NCBI GenBank assembly: GCA_001818235.1
Contig: MHJY01000022.1
Location: forward strand, 1 to 46,116
Direction: 5' to 3'
Length of the DNA stretch: 46,116 bases
From: Candidatus Jacksonbacteria bacterium RIFOXYB2_FULL_44_15
GTDB lineage: Bacteria > Patescibacteriota > Patescibacteriia > UBA9629
The notes under the pieces were generated by a model that worked only from the letters and a program-made list of their open reading frames with translations, searched no databases and had not been told where the DNA came from. This document shows, piece by piece, positions 35,802 through 43,667 of this stretch (the stretch's first letter is position 1; each line of letters opens with the position of its first letter). Position numbers and translations under genes: made by a program.

Positions 35802-37029
35802 TACAATCATCGCCGGTCTGGACATTGGTTCCAGCAAAATTCGTGTGGCAGTCGGACAAAAGATTGACGGCCACGAATTAAACATTGTCGGCTTAGCCGA
35901 GGTACCGTCTGAAGGAGTCAGCAAAGGGACGATCAAAAGCGTTGAGGACGCGGTGTCCAGTATTTCCCGGGCTTTTGAGTCTGCCGAACGGATGACGGGC
36001 GTGCCGGTTGAGCGTGCTTTGGTTTCGATTTCCGGCACTCATATTAAGTCCGATACTTCCAAGGGCGTGATCGCGGTCGCCAAGGCGGACGGAGAGATTA
36101 AGCCGGCTGATGTCGAGCGCGTAATCGAAGCGGCCCAGGCAGTATCCACGCCGCCGAATTACGAAATATTGCACGTTATTCCCAAAACTTTTACCGTTGA
36201 CAGCCAATCCGGCATCAAGGATCCGGTCGGGATGACGGGCATCAGGTTAGAGGTGGAGGTGCAGATTATTCAGGGCTTGTCCACGCAGATTAAAAATTTG
36301 ACCAAAGTAGTATATCGCGCCGGAGTGGAAGTTGATGATTTGGTGTTGGCGTCTTTGGCGGCTAGCGAGGCGGTCATAACTGCGCGCCAGAAAGAATTGG
36401 GCGTTTGCGTACTTTCTATTGGCGCGTCCACTACCGGGCTCGCGGTTTTTGAGGAAGGGGAAGTGATTCATTCCCACGTGATTCCGATTGGCGCCGGGCA
36501 CATTACGAACGATATTGCGATCGGATTGCGGACTTCCATTGACACTGCCGAGGAAATCAAAATTAAATACGGTTCGGCCATGCCAGAGGAGATCGGACGC
36601 AAAGAAGATTTGGATTTGGCGCGAATTACTGAGGGCGAGGTTGGAGTAGTTTCCCGCCATCATATCGCCGAAATCATCGAAGCGCGGATGGAAGAAATTT
36701 TTAAACTTGCGGACGTGGAACTTGCGAAAATTGAGCGATCTGGTAAACTGCCGGCAGGCATTATTTTAACCGGCGGCGGGGCTAAGCTAGACGGTGTGAT
36801 GCAGTTGGCGCGGCGGATATTTAAACTGCCGGCGGCCATCGGGTTTTGTCGAGCCGGCAAGATGGCTATAGACCGAGTCGAGGACCCGTCTGTGTCAACG
36901 GCGATCGGGCTGGTTTTGTGGGGTGAGCATCTGATCAAAAATTACGGCGCGAACGAGCGGATGTTTTCGAACAAAGCCGGCGAATTTTCCGCTAAGGTTA
37001 AAAAATGGTTTAAATCGTTTTTACCCTAG
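35794..37029 (+). CDS. ftsA: Cell division protein FtsA
   Basis: GLDIGSSKI, DPVGMTGIRLE, HITNDIAIGL, AEEIKIKYG, IIEARMEEI, LTGGGA, C-terminal amphipathic KVKKWFKSFLP. Confidence 0.97.
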   Translation: MRDTIIAGLDIGSSKIRVAVGQKIDGHELNIVGLAEVPSEGVSKGTIKSVEDAVSSISRAFESAERMTGVPVERALVSISGTHIKSDTSKGVIAVAKADGEIKPADVERVIEAAQAVSTPPNYEILHVIPKTFTVDSQSGIKDPVGMTGIRLEVEVQIIQGLSTQIKNLTKVVYRAGVEVDDLVLASLAASEAVITARQKELGVCVLSIGASTTGLAVFEEGEVIHSHVIPIGAGHITNDIAIGLRTSIDTAEEIKIKYGSAMPEEIGRKEDLDLARITEGEVGVVSRHHIAEIIEARMEEIFKLADVELAKIERSGKLPAGIILTGGGAKLDGVMQLARRIFKLPAAIGFCRAGKMAIDRVEDPSVSTAIGLVLWGEHLIKNYGANERMFSNKAGEFSAKVKKWFKSFLP

Positions 37030-37136
37030 TATCAAGTAGTAAGTATCAAGTATTAAGTATAAAGAAAGATATTTGAATCTTGCGCGTTTCGCAATGCTTT
37101 ATACCTGATACTTAATACTTAATACTATTTATACTA
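37027..37136. repeat. Heptamer-periodic inverted repeat element between ftsA and ftsZ
   Basis: TAGTATC AAGTAGT AAGTATC AAGTATT AAGTATA AAG pairs with CTTTATAC CTGATAC TTAATAC TTAATAC TA; loop has two mini-hairpins. Confidence 0.85.
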
Positions 37137-37140
37137 TCTT

Positions 37141-38415
37141 ATGATTTTCAGCAAAAAAAAATCGCAAAACGATGAGTTTGATCCGATGGTCGGCACAGTC
37201 ACTGCTGTGGTGCCGCCGGTGGGAGACGCTGTTCACACCCAAGTTTTGGAAGTCAAACCGGGAATTGATACCTTCGCCAAAATCAAAGTGATTGGCGTGG
37301 GCGGTTCTGGCGGGTCGGCGGTTAACCGGATGGTGGAGTCCAATATTCGCGGCGTGGAATTTTTAGCCGTCAATACAGACGCGCAAGCGTTGCGGCAAAA
37401 CAAAGCGACCATTAAATTGCACATTGGCAAAGGAATAACGCGCGGTTTGGGCGCTGGAATGAACCCGGAATTGGGGCGCAAGGCCGCCGAGGAAAGTTTA
37501 GAAGAAATCAAGCAAATGCTTTCGGGCGCGGATATGGTTTTTATCACCTGTGGTTTGGGCGGGGGTACTGGAACCGGCGCCAGCCCGGTGATTGCCGATA
37601 TTGCTAAGGAACAAGGCGCTTTAACGATTGCGGTGGTTACGAAGCCGTTTGCTTTCGAAGGTGCCCAACGCCGAGGGATTTCTGAGCAGGGCCACAGCGA
37701 CTTGGCCGAACGGGTGGACGCGATAGTCACCATTCCCAATGATCGGCTGTTGCAGATTATCGACAAGAAAACGTCGCTTTTGGATGCTTTTGGAGTGGCA
37801 GACGATGTTTTAAAGCAGGGCGTTCAAGGCATTTCTGATTTAATCACCATGCCGGGCTTAATCAATTTAGATTTTGCCGATGTTAAAGCGATTATGGAAG
37901 GCGCTGGTTCGGCCTTGATGGGAATCGGGCGCGGTTCAGGCGAGAACCGGGCGGTTGATGCGGCCAAGGCGGCGATTGATTCGCCTTTGCTTGAGGTATC
38001 AATCGACGGCGCCAAAGGTATTTTATTTACTGTGGCCGGCGGTAAGGATTTATCCATGCACGAGATCAGCGATGCCGCTCAAATTATCACTAAATCATCA
38101 GATCCCAATGCAAGAGTAATTTTTGGCGCGATCGTCGACGAAAAATTGGGCGACGAGGTTGTAATTACGGTGGTCGCTACTGGTTTTGCCGGCGATGACG
38201 GTTATAAAGGTTATAAAGATAATCGTTTGCGCGAACGCATTGGCACTATAAACGCGGGCGAGCCGGGTTTAACAGACATTAAAGCCACCGGTAATCGTGC
38301 GCCGATTAAGATCAAACCGCTTTCAACTTCCATGCCTGCGACTGGTCCTGCCGACGATGAACTGGAAATCCCGGCGTTTATCCGCAAAAGAATGATGGAA
38401 GAGGATTCGCAGTAG
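37141..38415 (+). CDS. ftsZ: Cell division protein FtsZ
   Basis: KIKVIGVGGSGG, NTDAQAL, GGGTGTG, NLDFADV, C-terminal LEIPAFIRK; about 35-aa N-terminal extension if ATG 37141 is used (alternative TTG 37246). Confidence 0.98.
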   Translation: MIFSKKKSQNDEFDPMVGTVTAVVPPVGDAVHTQVLEVKPGIDTFAKIKVIGVGGSGGSAVNRMVESNIRGVEFLAVNTDAQALRQNKATIKLHIGKGITRGLGAGMNPELGRKAAEESLEEIKQMLSGADMVFITCGLGGGTGTGASPVIADIAKEQGALTIAVVTKPFAFEGAQRRGISEQGHSDLAERVDAIVTIPNDRLLQIIDKKTSLLDAFGVADDVLKQGVQGISDLITMPGLINLDFADVKAIMEGAGSALMGIGRGSGENRAVDAAKAAIDSPLLEVSIDGAKGILFTVAGGKDLSMHEISDAAQIITKSSDPNARVIFGAIVDEKLGDEVVITVVATGFAGDDGYKGYKDNRLRERIGTINAGEPGLTDIKATGNRAPIKIKPLSTSMPATGPADDELEIPAFIRKRMMEEDSQ

Positions 38416-38450
38416 TCAATAATTTTTTGCCACTTAATAATAGTTTGGCA

Positions 38451-39350
38451 ATGCCCACAAATAATCAAACAGATCAACAGCTAAAAATCGCTTGGGATAA
38501 AGCGATGGTTTTGCATAATGAAGGAAAGTTTGGCGAAGCGATTACCGCCTGGCAAGCGGTGCGTGAGCTTTTGCCGCGCGCTGAGCAGTGGTTGGCGGAT
38601 TATAATCTAGCTGGATCGTTTTATGAAAACGGCCAATCAGACTTGGCGATAGCTCATTTCGAGGGTGCGATTGCGGAAATGCCGCCTGAGGAAAAGCCCA
38701 AATACGAAGCCGCGGCCGAAGACTGGGTGGCCTTAGCGCGGCAGGAAATTACTGAGGCGCAGTTAAACGTCAAGACAGCGGTGCAGATGGAGACAGGTCC
38801 TTTGGCTAATCTGGCCGAAATTCCTGCAGAAATGATTTTTGTGGATAACGCGCCAGCCCCAGTGTCGCCTATTATTGAGCCTTTGATTCAAACTCCTGCT
38901 GAGGTGCCTTCGGTTGCGCCAGCGGCAACAGTTGAGTCGGAAAAAATGCCGGAAGATCCGCCGGAAAATATTCCGATTAGGCTAATTCCTTTAGGCGGCG
39001 GCGAAGACATTGAGGTACCGGTTGAACCGGAAATTGAGGCACCAGTTGTTGAACAAGTCGCAGTTGCTGATGTCCCGCAAATTAGCGTTGAACAAATCGA
39101 ACCAGCGCCAATTATTGATGTTGCGCCTGTAGCAAGCGCGCCGGTTGCGCCGCCTGTAGAAGACGCGGCAACGGTCGAAGAGCGTGCAAAGCTTGCCAGT
39201 TTGCTGGAGGAAGTAAAAACAATGACCCAGGAACGGCAAGCACTTGCTCAGCCGGAAAAATTTGATTGGCAGAATTTGGGCGCCAGCTTGCGCCAAGGCG
39301 TTGCGAATCTTAAGGATGCGGTAGCCGGTTTGGCGCGGCAAATTACTTAG
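38451..39350 (+). CDS. TPR-containing protein with acidic Pro/Ala/Glu linker and C-terminal helix
   Basis: AMVLHNEGKFGEAITAW and YNLAGSFYENGQSDLAIAHFEGAI are TPR-like; ATG 38451 preferred to TTG 38427. Confidence 0.75.
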   Translation: MPTNNQTDQQLKIAWDKAMVLHNEGKFGEAITAWQAVRELLPRAEQWLADYNLAGSFYENGQSDLAIAHFEGAIAEMPPEEKPKYEAAAEDWVALARQEITEAQLNVKTAVQMETGPLANLAEIPAEMIFVDNAPAPVSPIIEPLIQTPAEVPSVAPAATVESEKMPEDPPENIPIRLIPLGGGEDIEVPVEPEIEAPVVEQVAVADVPQISVEQIEPAPIIDVAPVASAPVAPPVEDAATVEERAKLASLLEEVKTMTQERQALAQPEKFDWQNLGASLRQGVANLKDAVAGLARQIT

Positions 39351-39370
39351 TTTTTAAAAATTTTTGCAAT

Positions 39371-39399
39371 AAACAGATTGTCTTTCGATAATCTGTTTT
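39371..39399 (+). terminator. Intergenic hairpin (terminator-like)
   Basis: AAACAGATTGTC / GATAATCTGTTT 12-bp stem with one G-U pair. Confidence 0.5.
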
Positions 39400-39409
39400 A
39401 TCCAAATAT

Positions 39410-41806
39410 ATGGCAACAGAAAACATTGGTCAAGATAGAGTCGGCCTCGTTTCTATTCCTTCTCTGGAAGTGACTCAAGAGTCAGCGGTCGATTCACTTG
39501 AGGAATTACGAGGTAACCATGAGCAAGTTTTAAGGGACATAGTCGAAGCTTATCTTAACGAGACTGTTGGTGAAAAAAGCAGGGAATCGCTTGCTAACTA
39601 TTTTCTATTAAAAGACCATCAGATAGAAGTTTTACGTCCGGCTGGTTCCCAAACAGGTAGATATCGCCTTACTTATGACGGACCCGGGGACAATTCCTTG
39701 GCCGATATTTTTAGTAAAGAAACATTTGACGAAGCTGTTGATTATATTTGGACTAATGGCGTTGTGCCTAAATTGGAGCAAGCGCCGAATGGGCCTATTA
39801 ATGTCGATATAGTGACGGAGGAGCTAAAAAAGCTAGTTGTAACGGAAGAGTCGCCAAATTTTTTGAGTGGTGTTCTTGCGAACGAACAGGGCGATAAAAC
39901 AGAGAAAAGCCGCGAAGCTCGTAAACAATTAGCAGAAGTGCTAGAAGCCCTGAATAGCGCAATCCTGGAAGAAACAAAGGCGATATTATCTACTAAAGAG
40001 GATACTAAAGAGGACATGGCGCGAGATAGGAAAGAGATTGAAGAATTAAAGACCATCAACAGTGGGTTGAGCCAACAGTTAAGCGATATATCACGGCAGC
40101 TTGCCGCTATAGAAGCGGCCGTAAATTCGCACCAGTTGGCTAGAATTGCCGAAGGTGGGCAAAATTTACCGCAAGAGCCACCAAAAGAGCAGTCGGTTGT
40201 TAATCAACAGAACGAAAATCCATCACAAGTGATTCATATAATAAATGATCAGCCCAAGGAATCTGTTGAAGAAAACGTAGAATTATCTCCTGAGGCGGCT
40301 GAAGCTAAAATGAAGCAAGAATTAGCAGAATTGTTGGAACAAGCTGGTGCTAAATTGAAAAGTTTGCAAGAGGAAAATAAACTCGGGCAAAATTATTATT
40401 GGATTAGAGACAGTGAATTTCTTGCAACTATAGATGAAATGAAAGATAAAACTGGCGAGGAGTTAAAGCTAGCTCTAGAATCAGAGGTGGATAAATATAA
40501 ACAAATTTATGATAGTTGTGAAGGCGATGGTGTCGAACAAGCTCATTTATTTTTAAGTGATGTATACAGAAAGTTCGTTAAAATAGCTTCTGGTGCTCCT
40601 GGAGTTGCGGAAAATATCAAAGCGCGTTTAGCGCAAGCGGTAGAAAACCCAGCAGAAAAGATTATCGAAAACCCGGAAGTTTCTAAAGAATCAGCTGAAT
40701 CAACTTTGGGGCCTTTGTTGCAAATGATGCAAAAGCTGCAGTACGAGTGGGGCAAAACAAGAGACGATTTACCCGGCATTGATAAGCCAGATGAAGATCC
40801 TGAAGTTATGGTTGTGGATAATATATTGGAGCGTATTTCTGAGATGATTAATTCGACACATCCGGATAATACTGCGCCACTTTCGGAAATGACGCAAGTG
40901 TTTGCCGAGGCGTTACCACAAATTAAGCGTGAGGAGAGTCGGCAGTTTTTACGCGAATTAGCAATGGATCTAGCCAGTTCTCTGCGCAGTGCTTCACCTG
41001 ACCTCGCCGTCGCGATCGAGCAAGCTGTTCCTGCCGAAGCGGCGAAAATAATCGAACAAGAAGAGCTGGAGATGCCAGAGATACGCCAGGCCTTGGCAGT
41101 CAGAATCGCAGGGGCAAAAGAATACCTTAAAGTGTTGGAAGAGGGTCACAAGATCGACGAGGTGGCGTTAAATGAGCTAAAGGGAACTCTAGATTTATGG
41201 AGTGCGGGCATTCAAGATCCGAGTAAAGTTGCCTTGTCTGATATCCCACCAGTATGGGGATCAATCTGCGCGCGAAATTTTAATGCATTCGATGGTAATC
41301 AAGACGCTCTTTCGTTTTTAGCGAGTTTTGGCATTGATTACATAGAAATTATTAAGCCTACCGATCCAGCTTTAGCGCAAGCAATGCACGAAGCAATTCC
41401 GCCTGAAACGCGTGATTCAATGGATAAGGTGCTCGGCAGAAACGAGGCGGCGGATATAATATCAAAAACAATCATTCGTTTGAAGGGTTTTCTGGATGCA
41501 GATCAAATTGATTTAGATCAATACAACCCGCTATACGATACTTTGCAGAAGTTGGCGGATCAACTTAACGATAATAAATCCGTTGATGAGTTTGTGGCTA
41601 ATTTAAGAATTTTGCCGGATTCTTGGCGCCAAGCATACGATCAGTGTAAGTCTATACTTGGCATGCAACTTTTAGCTAGATTTGCCGCAGAATTGATAAG
41701 TTGCCTGCAAACATGGGTGCCGGAAATGGCCATAGCGTTACAAGAAGTTATTCCGCCGGATGTGGCCAAATTCAAGCAATTACAAAATTTGGCCGAAGCG
41801 GCGTAG
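39410..41806 (+). CDS. Large acidic alpha-helical hypothetical protein with coiled coil and four internal repeats
   Basis: 798 aa, E/D-rich, no signal or TM; recurring FL...P.(L/M)A.A...A(V/I)P.(E/D) motif. Confidence 0.8.
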   Translation: MATENIGQDRVGLVSIPSLEVTQESAVDSLEELRGNHEQVLRDIVEAYLNETVGEKSRESLANYFLLKDHQIEVLRPAGSQTGRYRLTYDGPGDNSLADIFSKETFDEAVDYIWTNGVVPKLEQAPNGPINVDIVTEELKKLVVTEESPNFLSGVLANEQGDKTEKSREARKQLAEVLEALNSAILEETKAILSTKEDTKEDMARDRKEIEELKTINSGLSQQLSDISRQLAAIEAAVNSHQLARIAEGGQNLPQEPPKEQSVVNQQNENPSQVIHIINDQPKESVEENVELSPEAAEAKMKQELAELLEQAGAKLKSLQEENKLGQNYYWIRDSEFLATIDEMKDKTGEELKLALESEVDKYKQIYDSCEGDGVEQAHLFLSDVYRKFVKIASGAPGVAENIKARLAQAVENPAEKIIENPEVSKESAESTLGPLLQMMQKLQYEWGKTRDDLPGIDKPDEDPEVMVVDNILERISEMINSTHPDNTAPLSEMTQVFAEALPQIKREESRQFLRELAMDLASSLRSASPDLAVAIEQAVPAEAAKIIEQEELEMPEIRQALAVRIAGAKEYLKVLEEGHKIDEVALNELKGTLDLWSAGIQDPSKVALSDIPPVWGSICARNFNAFDGNQDALSFLASFGIDYIEIIKPTDPALAQAMHEAIPPETRDSMDKVLGRNEAADIISKTIIRLKGFLDADQIDLDQYNPLYDTLQKLADQLNDNKSVDEFVANLRILPDSWRQAYDQCKSILGMQLLARFAAELISCLQTWVPEMAIALQEVIPPDVAKFKQLQNLAEAA

Positions 41807-41884
41807 AATTTTTTTCGATCAAAGATTTTTTTATACATCTTTAATGTAGTCAAGAGAGGGATTATATTAAGGAGAAATAATAAT

Positions 41885-42868
41885 ATGTCAACAATAGGTG
41901 AGTCTATTTCGCAGGAACAGGCTAATGCGATGCGGCAGGTAGCGGAAAACGTGGGAAAACAAGAGGCAGTAGAACCGCTGGTCCAAGATGTGGCAGACCA
42001 ACAAGAAGTAAAACCACAAAACTGGCAGGAGGCTTGGCAGCAAGCCAAATCAAAAGGTGATGAACGGGTAGATAAGGCCAGCGGTTGGTTCACTCGCTTC
42101 AAGGACCGAGTAAGCGGTGTTTTAAGTAAATTTGGTAGCCGAGCTAAAGACGGGGCGACGATTATAGCCGCTACTCCAGAAATGATTCCTTATGCGGCTG
42201 GTTACACAGTTGATAAAGTAAAAGATGCCGGTAACCGGGTAGCTGGTGCAGCTGGTCGAGGATTGGATATGGCTAGTGAACATGTCGTTTCAGGCATGCA
42301 AAGCGTCGGCGATTTTGGGAAGACTACTGCAACAAGAACAATTGAAGCTGGTAAAGCAATTGGTCAAGGAGCTCTGACAGTCGGTGAACTTGGTGTTGGC
42401 GCTGTTTATTTGGGTGGACGGGAATTAGTCAGAGCCGGTGGCGCTGGTTTAGAAACCATCAAAGATGCGGGTACCCTGCTTACAGGTAAAGCCGCTGAAA
42501 AGTTGACGCAAATGAAGGATAAAGGTGTTGATACTTACGAAACGATTGCGCTTACTGCTATGGAGGGTGCTTCGATCGCTAAAAATAGTTTACAAGAGCG
42601 TATCAATAAAATTAAAACCTGGGGCACCGAGACTACCGGTAAGGTGCAAAATGGTGTGGCAAGCGAGTGGAATGGGGCTAAAGTAGTGACTGCCGGCTGG
42701 CTTGAAACGAGACGTCGCGCGAAATTAGATAAGTTAGGTGCAGTTGATAAAAGCGAGGTCGAGTCGCTAGTGCAAAAAATAGAGCAAATGCAGGTCGAAC
42801 TTGCCAAGTTGAATACCGCTAAAGAAAGTTTGGAAGCAGATATGCAACTTGTGGGTGAATTAATATAA
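41885..42868 (+). CDS. LEA/apolipoprotein-like amphipathic helical hypothetical protein
   Basis: AAGGAG SD; A/G/K/T-rich amphipathic periodicity; C-terminal coiled coil. Confidence 0.7.
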   Translation: MSTIGESISQEQANAMRQVAENVGKQEAVEPLVQDVADQQEVKPQNWQEAWQQAKSKGDERVDKASGWFTRFKDRVSGVLSKFGSRAKDGATIIAATPEMIPYAAGYTVDKVKDAGNRVAGAAGRGLDMASEHVVSGMQSVGDFGKTTATRTIEAGKAIGQGALTVGELGVGAVYLGGRELVRAGGAGLETIKDAGTLLTGKAAEKLTQMKDKGVDTYETIALTAMEGASIAKNSLQERINKIKTWGTETTGKVQNGVASEWNGAKVVTAGWLETRRRAKLDKLGAVDKSEVESLVQKIEQMQVELAKLNTAKESLEADMQLVGELI

Positions 42869-42888
42869 AAATATTAACATCTAAGACT

Positions 42889-43290
42889 ATGAATTCTACA
42901 AAACTAATCAATATTATCCAATCAAGTAGCATGCCGCTAGAAAAAAAAGCAGATTTAATTAGCCAAATACAGGCTCAAGGCATATCTAAGAATATTAGGC
43001 AAGTTGCATTAACAGCGATTAATGCTCACATTAAACAATTAGAAGCACAAGCAGTTGAGGCAGATTTTAAATTACGCGCTACATTACAACAAGTGGCATC
43101 GGATTTGGTGGCCGAATTTACCGGAGAAGAGGAGAAGCAAGAGCAGTTAAACATAATAGTAAAGGAAGCTGACAGGCGCATGGTAGCGGCGGAGGATGAT
43201 TTTAATGAGGAACAAGACGCTAATGAGCAAATTTTGAATGCCGTCGAACTCAATCTTGCAGTTGCTACGGCCAAAAGTCAGGCAATGTAA
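42889..43290 (+). CDS. Helical hypothetical protein
   Basis: 133-aa ORF in operon-like spacing with coiled-coil composition. Confidence 0.7.
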   Translation: MNSTKLINIIQSSSMPLEKKADLISQIQAQGISKNIRQVALTAINAHIKQLEAQAVEADFKLRATLQQVASDLVAEFTGEEEKQEQLNIIVKEADRRMVAAEDDFNEEQDANEQILNAVELNLAVATAKSQAM

Positions 43291-43327
43291 AATTGGCTTA
43301 TGGCGAAGTTAACTTTTCATTTTTTTT

Positions 43328-43657
43328 ATGTCCCAAAAAGAGGTGATCCAACAATTTGTCGACGAATTAATCAAACAAGCCAGTCTGGATGATTTGCCAG
43401 GGGAGCTTTTGGACGAGCAAAAGAAAAATCTGCTGGCCGAAGTTGAACGCCGGTTGGGGTTGGCCGTGGCCCGGCATTTGGAAGGGGAGGATTTGGACGA
43501 ACTGTCGCGCTTGCTCGAGACCGAGGATATCGAAACAGAAACCCTCTTGGAATTTTTCCGGTCCAAGGTGGCTAATTTTGACGAGCTGGTCAAAGAAACC
43601 CTAACCAAATTCGCCACTGAATTTTTGCAGTCATTCCCGGCCGAGATTAAGGTATAG
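43328..43657 (+). CDS. Small acidic CPR protein, DUF5663-like
   Basis: LIKQASLDDLP..LLAEVERRLG..LEGEDLDELSRLL..FFRSKVANFDELVKE matches my recollection of this CPR family. Confidence 0.65.
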   Translation: MSQKEVIQQFVDELIKQASLDDLPGELLDEQKKNLLAEVERRLGLAVARHLEGEDLDELSRLLETEDIETETLLEFFRSKVANFDELVKETLTKFATEFLQSFPAEIKV

Positions 43658-43667
43658 CAGTTTTTTT

